Assembly: GCA_963666975.2 (NCBI GenBank)
Contig: CAXVYR010000004.1
Span: 448,001-512,000 of the forward strand
Direction: 5' to 3'
Length of the DNA stretch: 64,000 bases
From: Terriglobia bacterium
GTDB lineage: Bacteria; Acidobacteriota; Terriglobia; 2-12-FULL-54-10
Numbering within the stretch: position 1 is the first letter of the stretch; each line of letters starts with the position of its first letter. The position numbers and the translations under genes were made by a program. Below, piece by piece: positions 51,968 to 64,000 of this stretch. The notes below the pieces were generated by a model. That model was not told the DNA's origin and did not search any database. It worked only from the letters and a program-made list of their open reading frames with translations.

Positions 51968-52627
51968 CTACAAACCCACCGTGATCCCCCCGATCACAGC
52001 CACACGATGCCACGCGCCGCCGGGCTGGAACAGTTGGTTCGAGATAAATGTCTGATAGTCCCGCACCTCCAGCCGCAGATGAACCAGTTGGTGCAGATGT
52101 CTTTCGACGCCCGCGCCATAAGTCAGCACAAAGGAGGTCGCGTTATCCGGAGCGCCGCCCGGAAAGGGGACCTCTATCTCGCTTTTCACGTCCAGCCCGA
52201 ACCGCGTGATTCCAACCCCGGCCAGGCCGTAGAAGCGAAAGCGATAGGCGGAGGGAGTGCGCACCCGCGTATCAAACGTAACTGTGTGAGCGCTCAGCTC
52301 CGCCTTCGCACTCGATCCAAAGACATCCCCTCGCGCGAGGAGCATCTCCGCGCTCGAAAAGCTGTAGTGCAGCCCGGAGCTTACGTAGGGATACACGCGG
52401 GTGCCGGCGTCCAGGGTGAAGATTCTGCCATTGGCAAACTCGGAGCGCGCCGATCCGAGAACGGGGCCCGCAGCCGTCCCCTCGCCCAGGTCCTGGGAGA
52501 AAAGCCCGCCTCCGCCAATCCCAAGGAACTGCCCGTGGGCTAGTTGCGCCACGCAAAAGAACAACAAAATTCTGCAGAGAACTTTCGCAGCCTTCACCAT
52601 TGCTTGCCTCCCGGCGGAAGTCATCAA
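51968..52627 (-). CDS. Outer-membrane beta-barrel protein (8-strand type)
   Basis: Signal peptide, amphipathic strands, YGLAGVG, YGAGV, RLEVRDY. Confidence 0.75.
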   Translation of the reverse strand: MMTSAGRQAMVKAAKVLCRILLFFCVAQLAHGQFLGIGGGGLFSQDLGEGTAAGPVLGSARSEFANGRIFTLDAGTRVYPYVSSGLHYSFSSAEMLLARGDVFGSSAKAELSAHTVTFDTRVRTPSAYRFRFYGLAGVGITRFGLDVKSEIEVPFPGGAPDNATSFVLTYGAGVERHLHQLVHLRLEVRDYQTFISNQLFQPGGAWHRVAVIGGITVGL

Positions 52628-52853
52628 CTCCCGGCAACATCCAGATGGCCATTATGCCATTGATGCATCGGTTCCTCTGCACCGCCGTTGCGGGAAGCGT
52701 TCGGAAAGTTGCGACGGCTGCCGTATCGCAAAAGCCGCCCAATCCGATGCCACAACGAAAACCAGAACCAGCACCGGCATTCTTGCCGTGGAAATGGCAG
52801 AGCCCGCCTGTGTGCATGAATTTGTTTTGGTGTAAGATGTTAGCAGCTCGGAG

Positions 52854-52929
52854 GCCATCCTAGCTCAATTGGTAGAGCACCGCATTCGTAATGCGGGGGT
52901 TGGGGGTTCGATTCCCCCGGATGGCTCCA
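52854..52929 (+). tRNA. tRNA-Thr (CGT)
   Basis: GCCATCC/GGATGGC acceptor, CCGCA-TTCGTAA-TGCGG anticodon arm, GTTCGATTC, CCA end. Confidence 0.97.
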
Positions 52930-53105
52930 GTTTTTTTCCTGCAAAACTTTCCTTTCCTGGCGCAAGACGAAGAGCAGTCATGGCGGCTTTGTTTTGTGAA
53001 AATCAGGTTGCGGCCGAGACATCCATTCGGGTGGGTGGTGGAACGTTTGCCCCTTCCCTCTGCAATTCGCCCGCTGGTATTCCGGGATGGGATGCGCGGG
53101 AAACG

Positions 53106-56795
<3,690 letters not shown>

Positions 56796-57340
56796 GGATT
56801 GCGGTGTTGTGGATTTAGCCCGGCCCCCCATTTTTGAAAAACCGGGCTAGTTTTTATTGTACACCCCCGCAGCCTCGCTTGGGAACATGCCGGCTTGGCC
56901 CGATGGTTCTCTACGATTGCTCCTGGAGATTCTTTTCGACCGTATGGTTTCAGCTCTCTACTCTAATTTTCCCCTTCCTGTGCATAAGCTGGGCTGGAAC
57001 TCCAGTGGCTTTGTTTCGCAAAAATCAATTTTAACTTGAGACGTCGACTCTAATAGGTGGAGGAACCACCTCCCCTTTGCTCTGTCTCTGCAACCACATC
57101 TAGCTAAATCATCGCTTGAAAAGGCCGTCGTTCATTCGTCGTCTCGTAGCGAAAGATTATTTCCAGCACTTTTTTATGAAAAAGAGGCAAAAAGCTGTCA
57201 GTCGCAAGTAACTTATATTAGGGAGAACTATCGAATCCTTTTTTAACGCAGGGAGGTAGTAAAAAAGCGCTGGGCAACGTTTCAAAAACATAGGCAAACA
57301 CCGAATTTTTCTAAACACAAGGAACTGAGGAGTAACTGCG

Positions 57341-57949
57341 ATGTCATTTGAAAATATGCGGATCTGCAATTTCGTGAGAAGGGACGGGAGGAAATGCAAA
57401 GCGCCGGCAATGAGGGTATCTGAAAAATGCAAGCATCATGGGGGGGCTCTGGCGAGAGCGTCGAGAACACACGGGCTATATGCGAAATATCAGTCTACTA
57501 GAATTCAGGATCTGGTCGAGGAACAACTGGCAAATCCCAAGTTGCTAGACCTACGACAGCAGATTGCCCTGATATCGGCGCTTCAGGCAGACAGCCTGGA
57601 CCGGATCAGGAAACACCAGGAGAAGGAAAAGAAGACCCACTTCACAAGAAAAGAGAAACAAGAGATGGCAGTCCTGTCCGAAAAAATGAGTTCAACGATA
57701 GAGCGTTTCGCCAAAGTGGGTGTGGTGTTGAAGTACCTTGTGCATCTGGACACGGTGCAAGAACTGTTTGAAGAGTGGGCAACTCTGACCAGACGCTACA
57801 TACCTAGCGCATCGGATAGGAAGAAGTTTACAGAGGAGCTTTCTCTTGTAACGGACACGTTGATAGAGGAAGGCGCAAAAAAAGAAGGGGGCCGGGTGGG
57901 AAGGCCTTTGAAGGAGGTCGCGGCATACAGGGAGGAGGAGGCAGGGTAG
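57341..57949 (+). CDS. HGGxSTG-like domain protein (phage-associated, possibly small-terminase-like)
   Basis: GAGGAG RBS; C..RRDGRKC..PA....CKHHGG...HGLY. Confidence 0.65.
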   Translation: MSFENMRICNFVRRDGRKCKAPAMRVSEKCKHHGGALARASRTHGLYAKYQSTRIQDLVEEQLANPKLLDLRQQIALISALQADSLDRIRKHQEKEKKTHFTRKEKQEMAVLSEKMSSTIERFAKVGVVLKYLVHLDTVQELFEEWATLTRRYIPSASDRKKFTEELSLVTDTLIEEGAKKEGGRVGRPLKEVAAYREEEAG

Positions 57950-58092
57950 TGAGGGGTCCTAGATTTTTGTACCAGTTTCAGGGTGAGTTTTGGAATGTTT
58001 CCAGGCCTTTCAGATTGCAGCTAGCTGCAATCTGAAAGGCGAATTCGTTCGGCGTCCTCTCCCCCAGGGCTCTGTGAGGACGACTCTTATTG
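57950..58092 (-). mobile_element. Right-end fragment of the IS3-family element seen at 14172
   Basis: 143 bp near-identical to 14172-14314. Confidence 0.85.
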
Positions 58093-58283
58093 GTCCGGAA
58101 TTCCTTGCGGACTCTTTCAACAAACGCGTGGTCGATCATGGAGGCCAGTGAATCCTCTGCATCATAGACCGTCAGAGTGACACGCTGGTGCTCATCGAGT
58201 GGTAGCGGCTCAAGAGGCCGCAGGACCCCGTTTTCGTACACGGCTTCCACTTGCTTGGTCGTGACAGCCTCATCACCCCTCAC
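58093..58283 (-). pseudogene. AF2212-like (DUF104) antitoxin truncated by the IS fragment
   Basis: VEAVYENGVLRPLEPLPL; the likely start codon reads ACG and the 3' end is fused to the IS. Confidence 0.7.
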
Positions 58284-58533
58284 CCGTTACAATCCAATCC
58301 AAACTCTTTCTAAACCGCTTCCGCAATCGAACCAAAACTTCTAAGGGTGGCTCGCTCTCTCCCCGTTCGTACTTTGACAGCTGGCTCTGACTAACACCGA
58401 GCATCCGAGCAAAATCCGCTTGCTGCATATCAAACCCGCGTAGCTCCCTAATTCTGCGCCCGAGGGCGACGAGGTCGGGCACATCATTTTCACCTGACGC
58501 AAGGGGCATTTTTTTCTTGACTCTTGTAGTCAT
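58273..58533 (-). CDS. XRE-family HTH repressor
   Basis: LGRRIRELR...QADFARMLGVSQSQLSKYERG...SLDWIVTG. Confidence 0.9.
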   Translation of the reverse strand: MTTRVKKKMPLASGENDVPDLVALGRRIRELRGFDMQQADFARMLGVSQSQLSKYERGESEPPLEVLVRLRKRFRKSLDWIVTGEG

Positions 58534-58562
58534 TATATGAATATAATAGTCATTATATGAAT
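58517..58562. promoter_or_regulatory. Promoter with twin operator-like repeats
   Basis: TAGTCATTATATGAAT at 58527 and 58547; TTGACT at 58517 and TATAAT at 58542. Confidence 0.65.
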
Positions 58563-58627
58563 TCGGCAGTTATTGTCTGCTATTTATATAAATATAGGAA
58601 AGCGGCAGCATCTGCAACAAAAATGAG

Positions 58628-59401
58628 GTGTTTATGAAAATTCCATCTATTACGCTTGATCGAGAAAACCTGCGGCTCGCTAAGACGAAATGGCCTGGGA
58701 TGTTACGAGGAGAGGAACGCGGAGGGCTCAGACTTCTGTCTGAACGATATCGATTATCCGTCGCTCTGGGCGATCTGGTGCTCCTTGATGGACGCTGGTA
58801 CGTCACCCACGCAGGCCTGCTGCGTTTGGCAAACCGCAATCGTTGCTCCGGCATCCGAGTTCAACCGGTACGCGAGTTCTGCGACGCGTCCACGAGCCGT
58901 TGGGTGTTCAAAGCGACTGTCTATAAATCCTCAAAATCCCGCGGTTTCGTTGGCTACGGCGACGCCGATCCCTCCAATGTTGCCTCCTTGGTCCGCGGGG
59001 CCGAGATGCGCATGGCCGAAACCAGAGCCGTCACCCGGGCGCTTCGTAAAGCGTATGGCATCGGGCTGTGTTCGGTGGAGGAGATCGGGTCTTTTCCTCC
59101 TTCAGCCAAACAGGTCAGCGGACCTGAAAATGCCTCTGCGCTAATTCAGAAGAACATCCCGAGCAACGGCCAGCCGCGACTCCGCGATCGGCTCTGCCAG
59201 TTGATCCGTCAATACAGTTTGGATCCCACCCTGGTCAAACACTACGCGGCGGATTTCTGCGAAACCGAGAATCTGCGCGACGCCACCCGGGACCGCGTTG
59301 AATCCTTTATTAAGAATTTGGCTGAGCAGGCAGCGAAGGATCGACCGGGTCTCCTCTGTCAGCTTAACAGCTACGCGCAACCTCAAGAGGTGAAATCATG
59401 A
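58628..59401 (+). CDS. Putative single-strand annealing protein (Rad52/Red-beta/Sak superfamily)
   Basis: YVTHAGLL and RMAETRAVTRALRKAYGIG...EE. Confidence 0.6.
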   Translation: MFMKIPSITLDRENLRLAKTKWPGMLRGEERGGLRLLSERYRLSVALGDLVLLDGRWYVTHAGLLRLANRNRCSGIRVQPVREFCDASTSRWVFKATVYKSSKSRGFVGYGDADPSNVASLVRGAEMRMAETRAVTRALRKAYGIGLCSVEEIGSFPPSAKQVSGPENASALIQKNIPSNGQPRLRDRLCQLIRQYSLDPTLVKHYAADFCETENLRDATRDRVESFIKNLAEQAAKDRPGLLCQLNSYAQPQEVKS

Positions 59402-59820
59402 GACGTGAAATCCCAGGCCTCCACCAGAAAGCACAGTACAAGGACGAGATCCCGGATGGCCTCTTTCTGGTCCGGGTCGAGCGGGCCTTCTACCGCTACC
59501 ATCCGCAGAAGCCCTTTTTCGCAGTTCGCTTTGCTGTCATCCAGCCCGAGGAGTTTACTGGAGAGGCGTTGCCTGGCCGACTCTACTGTACCGCCAAAGC
59601 CTTGTGGAAGCTCAGATGGTTCCTGTGTGACTTTGGCTATGACGCAGAACTGTTTGGCCGGGACGTGATCGAAGAAAAACTTCTCCTCGGCCTTCACGGG
59701 ATCATCAAGGTCTCCCATACGACAATCAACGGCCGTTCCTTTCTCAATCTGGATGGCTTTGCCTCTGCGGATAAGTGGGAGGAGCTTTCAGCCTCTCCTG
59801 TCGGCAGCCGCGACAGCTAG
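59398..59820 (+). CDS. DUF669-like phage ssDNA-binding-type protein
   Basis: IPDGLFLVRV...KP...ALWKLRWFL...NGRSF; ATGA-coupled to the upstream gene. Confidence 0.55.
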   Translation: MRREIPGLHQKAQYKDEIPDGLFLVRVERAFYRYHPQKPFFAVRFAVIQPEEFTGEALPGRLYCTAKALWKLRWFLCDFGYDAELFGRDVIEEKLLLGLHGIIKVSHTTINGRSFLNLDGFASADKWEELSASPVGSRDS

Positions 59821-59830
59821 GAGGAGAGCA

Positions 59831-60634
59831 ATGACCTATAGCTACACCCAGATCAACCAATACCTGGGCTGTCCCCGCCGCTATCGTCACCGTTATTTAG
59901 ACGGCTGGAGGGAGAAGGATGCCCGGGCCGCTATGGTTTTCGGACGGGTGTTTGAGAAAGCCCTAGCCGCGTTTTTCCGCCGAGAGGATAGCGCTGCTGT
60001 CCTGTTCAAAGAGTGGGGAGCCTATCGTGAGACTCCTTTGGAATACTCCAACGGCGATTCCTGGGACCGTATGGTCCGCCTGGGAGTGCAGCTGCTCGAA
60101 CGATTGGCTCAAGACAACCGCATCCGCATCCCCCAACCTCGCCACAACATGCAGGTGAAGCTGCTGCGTCCACTCTCGAACGGCAACGACTTTGTGGCCT
60201 ATGTCGATGCCATCGGCTATCTTGACGCCACTCGCTGCCTGATTGAATGGAAAACGACGGGCAGCCGCTACCCGGAACAGCCCGAAGGCTTACTGGCTCT
60301 TGATCCTCAGCTTGTTTGCTACTCCTGGATCAGCGGGATTGCAGAGGTTGCCATGGTCGTATTTGTGCGCAAGCGCATGCCCGAAATCCAATACCTGCGC
60401 ACCTCCATCACTGAAGAACAACGCCAGGAGTTTGCGCAGCTGGTAGAAGAATCCACCTCCCGGATCGAGGCTGGACGCTTCCTGCCTCACACCGGCATCC
60501 GCTTCCCCCAGAATGGCTGCGTGAGCTGCCCTCACCTGGGTCTCTGCCTGGGGAAGCAAGACCTTGTCGATTCCAAACTGATCCGCCGACCGGGAGCCAG
60601 TGATCTTGAATGGCTTGACCAGCTTGAATACTAA
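59831..60634 (+). CDS. PD-(D/E)XK exonuclease (RecB/AddB/Cas4-like)
   Basis: GGAG RBS; SYTQ..YLGCPRRY, D...EWKT, QLVCY, CVSCPHLGLC. Confidence 0.88.
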   Translation: MTYSYTQINQYLGCPRRYRHRYLDGWREKDARAAMVFGRVFEKALAAFFRREDSAAVLFKEWGAYRETPLEYSNGDSWDRMVRLGVQLLERLAQDNRIRIPQPRHNMQVKLLRPLSNGNDFVAYVDAIGYLDATRCLIEWKTTGSRYPEQPEGLLALDPQLVCYSWISGIAEVAMVVFVRKRMPEIQYLRTSITEEQRQEFAQLVEESTSRIEAGRFLPHTGIRFPQNGCVSCPHLGLCLGKQDLVDSKLIRRPGASDLEWLDQLEY

Positions 60635-61373
60635 CGAGCGTCCCATCGTGGCTCTGAAACTCAACCACCGCCGGGCTCTTTTCGTGCTAGCCAAGATCGA
60701 TGAGATCCTATCCTGGGAGCAAAGGGTGGAGCATGAACGAGACATCCGCTTTGTGGACTTAGGCCGCTACTTGTGCGAAGTCCGCTCCGGCCAGTACTGG
60801 CGACTGGACAAGCTCGCTTCCTTCGATGAATTCTTGGAGAAACGCTTCCCCGAGTCCCGGCGTAAGGCCTATTACCTGATGGCAATCCACGAGCATTTGC
60901 CAAGGGAAGTGCGAAGGGAGCTGAAACAAGTGGGATGGGCAAAGGCGGCTGAGCTGGTCAAGGTAGCTCGTTCAGATGGACAGGAGTTCGATTGTGCAAT
61001 CTGGTTGCACAAAGCACACTCCATGCCGACCGAGGCTCTCAAACGGGAGGTCGAACGGCACCTGACGGGAAAAGAGACCGAGCCTTGGGAGATCATCTAC
61101 TTCAAGGTGTACAAGAGCCAGCTGCCGGTGATCGAACAGGCGCTGGAGACTGCAGCTCTAATGCTAGGGACGGATAAATCCCGTGGATACTGCCTGGAGA
61201 TGATCTGCGCGGACTTTCTGGCTGGAGCCAACATTGAGAATGTCAGCTCCGATTCCCTGCTCTTATCCCTCTGCAAGCTCTTCGAACTTCTCCCTAACTC
61301 GCAGAAAGGGAAGTTTTTGGAGCAGGTTGATGAAATCCATGACCCAGTTTCATCCCAAACGACCGCGGATTAG
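60600..61373 (+). CDS. Hypothetical protein with DUF3102-like N-terminus
   Basis: FVDLGRYLCEVR...SFDEFLEK...SRRKAYYLM; start uncertain. Confidence 0.6.
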   Translation: MILNGLTSLNTNERPIVALKLNHRRALFVLAKIDEILSWEQRVEHERDIRFVDLGRYLCEVRSGQYWRLDKLASFDEFLEKRFPESRRKAYYLMAIHEHLPREVRRELKQVGWAKAAELVKVARSDGQEFDCAIWLHKAHSMPTEALKREVERHLTGKETEPWEIIYFKVYKSQLPVIEQALETAALMLGTDKSRGYCLEMICADFLAGANIENVSSDSLLLSLCKLFELLPNSQKGKFLEQVDEIHDPVSSQTTAD

Positions 61374-61563
61374 GCTTGCTCAGGAATCCTACCGAAGCTT
61401 GCGCCAACAAGTCCTAGAGCGGGATGGTTGGCGTTGCCAGCGCTGCAGTCGGTTCAGCGGACTTCAAGTGCATCACATCCAACCACGAAGTCACCTAGGA
61501 AATGATGCAGAACAAAATCTGATCACACTCTGTATCGAGTGCCACAAAGATGCCCATGAGTGA
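61339..61563 (+). CDS. Small HNH endonuclease
   Basis: RDGWRCQRC..VHHI....G....NLITLCIECH...H. Confidence 0.88.
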   Translation: MTQFHPKRPRIRLAQESYRSLRQQVLERDGWRCQRCSRFSGLQVHHIQPRSHLGNDAEQNLITLCIECHKDAHE

Positions 61564-61770
61564 CAGAACGTTGCGTTGTGGAAGATGAGCAGTGAGTTGG
61601 CTAGCGACCGACGGCAGGTGCGGTAACCTGGGAGTTGTGAGTCAAAAAGTTTGAACGAATCACAGTCGCCCCCCCCAACAGATGGGCCGTCGGTCAAGAG
61701 GCTGCGGTAGAGACATCCACTCGCTCAACGCACTGGAAGAGCCCCCTCAGGTTAGACATTTACCAGGCTG

Positions 61771-63177
61771 TCAGTTTTCCAACTCTCCAAACATATCAAC
61801 GATTCGCTGCCCAATTGCGATGGAAGCAGTTGCGGCGGGAGAGGGAACATTACAAACGTGGATCACTCCTTCCGTACGAACGAAGTGGAAATCATCGAGT
61901 AAAGCCCCCGTTCGATCCACGGCTTGGGCACGGACACCGGCACCGCCAGGGCGGATATCCTCTGCCCGAAGATCAGGTACGAGCCTCTGGAGCGCACGGA
62001 CAAACGCCTTCTTGCTGAAGGAACGATGGAACTCGTCCAGACCACTCCGCCAGTATTTTCTTGCCAATTGCCAAAAGCCTGGGTAAGTGAGCGTTGCCAT
62101 CATGTCAGAAAAATTAACGTCTGTCTTACGATAGCCTTCTCGCTTGAAAGCCAGCACGGCATTGGGTCCTGCTTCGACACCACCATGAATCATTCGGGTG
62201 AAGTGCACTCCAAGAAAAGGAAATTTTGGATCTGGAACGGGATAGATCAGGCCCTGTATTAAGGACTGGCGTTCGGGGATTATCTCATAATACTCGCCTC
62301 GGAACGGCACAATGGCCATGTTGGTTTGGGTCCCGTCTAACTTACAGATGCGGTCGCTGTGCAAACCGGCACAATTCATTACATAACGTGTCGGAAATGG
62401 ACCGTTCGTGGTCTCGACAACGATTTCCCTGCCGCGGCGCAGGATGGCTGTGACCTTGCTTCCGGTGATGATTTCTCCTCCATTGGCTACCACAATCTCC
62501 GCAAATTTCTCGGCGACTGCAACGTAGTCAGTAATCCCTGTGCCCGGCACGTGCAACGCTTGAATTCCGGAGGCGTGAGGTTCAATCTCCCGAAGTTGTT
62601 CCGGGCCAATCATCAATAGATTGGGCACTCCGTTGGCAGTCCCGCGGAGGTGAAGTTCCCTCAGCGCTGGCAATTCTTGCTCATTCGTGGCGACCACCAC
62701 CTTGCCGCAGAGATTGTACGGAATGTTATGTTCCTGGCAGAACAACCCCATCGCTGCAGCGCCTTCTACACAAGTTTTGGCCTTGATGGATCCCGGCCGA
62801 TAATAAAGACCGGAATGGATCACCCCGCTGTTATGGCCGGTTTGATGGGCGCCAACCCGATCCTCCTTCTCCACTACGAACAACCTCAAATTGGGGAACC
62901 GGCGGACGAATTCCCTCGCTGCGGCAAGGCCAACGATCCCTCCACCTATAATTACTAAATCGGATCGCTTTCGAATGGTGCAAAACTCCTTTGCTCTCGG
63001 GAAGCTGATTGTATAACAAAGTCGACCGTGCACAATCCTCGCACGTCTCTCTTCAGTTTTTGCCAAGATCGACCAGATCTTAGTCTGGAAGCAAGACGTG
63101 GAGTATGAACGAGACACCGGTAAGCCGCAGCAATGAAACTCCTCCCGTTTTATCATGGAAAAGTTGAAGTCAGCCAA
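61771..63177 (-). CDS. lhgO: L-2-hydroxyglutarate oxidase (true start probably near 62980)
   Basis: GGGIVG, HQTGHNSGVIHSG, YPVPDP..PFLGVH, PSPAATAS. Confidence 0.92.
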   Translation of the reverse strand: MADFNFSMIKREEFHCCGLPVSRSYSTSCFQTKIWSILAKTEERRARIVHGRLCYTISFPRAKEFCTIRKRSDLVIIGGGIVGLAAAREFVRRFPNLRLFVVEKEDRVGAHQTGHNSGVIHSGLYYRPGSIKAKTCVEGAAAMGLFCQEHNIPYNLCGKVVVATNEQELPALRELHLRGTANGVPNLLMIGPEQLREIEPHASGIQALHVPGTGITDYVAVAEKFAEIVVANGGEIITGSKVTAILRRGREIVVETTNGPFPTRYVMNCAGLHSDRICKLDGTQTNMAIVPFRGEYYEIIPERQSLIQGLIYPVPDPKFPFLGVHFTRMIHGGVEAGPNAVLAFKREGYRKTDVNFSDMMATLTYPGFWQLARKYWRSGLDEFHRSFSKKAFVRALQRLVPDLRAEDIRPGGAGVRAQAVDRTGALLDDFHFVRTEGVIHVCNVPSPAATASIAIGQRIVDMFGELEN

Positions 63178-63213
63178 GATCCATCGCCACGTTCAGCAGG
63201 CCGGGAGACAGAT

Positions 63214-63550
63214 GTGAAAAAGTTTGCACGAACCACAGTCAATCCTCAGCAGATGCGTGAGTCTTCCGTGTATCCGGGCCTTGCGCATCCCGGTCGCAAC
63301 CGTGGTTGGAATGGTGAGCGAGGGGATGATTGAATCCGAAATTTTGAAGGCCTATCCAGACCTGGAGCGGGAAGACATTCGCGAAGCTCTCCGTTACGCC
63401 GCCGAGGCGGTGCAGGAACGAGAACTGCCGGTTTCGGGCGCTACAGCTGTACCCCCAATTAATCGAACCGGCTCTGAAGACGCAGGGCTAACTGATTCAT
63501 GCCGCACGGCGACCTTTCGCTGCCTCAATGGGCGCGAGGCTGAGCCGTAA
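63214..63550 (+). pseudogene. DUF433 antitoxin-like gene, frameshifted
   Basis: N-terminal VKKFARTTVNPQQM is out of frame with PCIRALRIPV...YPDLEREDIREAL. Confidence 0.7.
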
Positions 63551-63808
63551 TTTGAAGGGCCGGAGCAAACGGTTTAGGGTTCGCTGAGTCGGATTGTATC
63601 GGCGGTTGATGGCGCGTAATACGTTCGGGCTCGCCATACCCACCTTTGCCGCGAATTCTTTCACGCCAATCGCACGGATAACTTTCGCTAGCGCGGCCTG
63701 AATCGGAATCCCTTCTTCGATTGCGGACAAAAGGAATTCCCGGGCGAACTCCTGGTTCTGAAGATCTTGTGCGAGTCCCACGTTCCAGTCTTTACTACGT
63801 CTTGCCAT
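63497..63808 (-). CDS. HTH addiction-module antitoxin (HigA-like)
   Basis: ALAKVIRAIGVKEFAAKVGM...NPT; follows the toxin gene. Confidence 0.8.
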   Translation of the reverse strand: MARRSKDWNVGLAQDLQNQEFAREFLLSAIEEGIPIQAALAKVIRAIGVKEFAAKVGMASPNVLRAINRRYNPTQRTLNRLLRPFKLRLSLAPIEAAKGRRAA

Positions 63809-64000
63809 GCGGCTTTTTCTCCAAATAGTCGCGCCAGAAGCCCTTGGCGCGGTAAATGTCCTGCGACTGGGATGACTTCACGCCACCTCCCAGAAGGACG
63901 ATAGTTGAGTGGGCGTCTTTGCCAAAATAGATTCGATATCCAGCACCAAACATCATGCGCGCTTCCCAGACGCCTCCCCCGACGCTCTTGTGATCACCGA
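63795..64000 (-). CDS. HigB/RelE-like toxin, 5'-partial
   Basis: KSVGGGVWEARMMFGAGYRIYF...LLGGG.KSSQSQDI. Confidence 0.85.
   Translation of the reverse strand, partial: GDHKSVGGGVWEARMMFGAGYRIYFGKDAHSTIVLLGGGVKSSQSQDIYRAKGFWRDYLEKKPHGKT

Noticed and set aside
56796-57000. Possible SAM/SAH/cobalamin riboswitch upstream of metH
   Set aside because: Only a simple hairpin (TAGCCCGG...CCGGGCTA) is present, with no riboswitch consensus recognised.
59831-60634. Cas4-like nuclease suggesting CRISPR-Cas
   Set aside because: No repeat-spacer array or cas1/cas2 was seen in the window; the context is a phage-type recombination operon.

Overview
Bacterial chromosomal window. Gene content suggests Acidobacteriota (inference from expanded secreted amidohydrolases, a carboxypeptidase-domain TonB receptor, a fused LptC/LptA and exosortase-EpsI). 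The core backbone has aroA, tRNA-Leu(CAG), gmhA-hldE, lptC/A-lptB-rpoN-rapZ, HIT-ihfB-rpsA, skp-TPR-S41, exosortase-epsI-DegT, tRNA-Thr(CGT), metH and lhgO. It is interleaved with decayed accessory regions at about 1-16.6 kb, 23-31 kb and 57-64 kb, which hold IS3-family elements and remnants, a MITE, toxin-antitoxin remnants, phage-like small ORFs and several PilZ paralogs. The best candidate system is an intact, repressor-controlled five-gene cassette at 58.3-61.6 kb: annealase-like, DUF669 SSB-like, Cys-staple PD-(D/E)XK exonuclease, unknown, HNH. It has twin operator-like repeats and no integrase or structural genes in the window. Also notable: recurring locally templated insertions in genes, a pseudoknotted candidate RNA at 2390-2524, a 74-bp dispersed upstream element, an IS-bridged fusion of two unrelated gene halves, and an OLD nuclease broken by a single TAG. 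No CRISPR array or rRNA was seen. All protein calls come from motif recognition by eye, not database searches.
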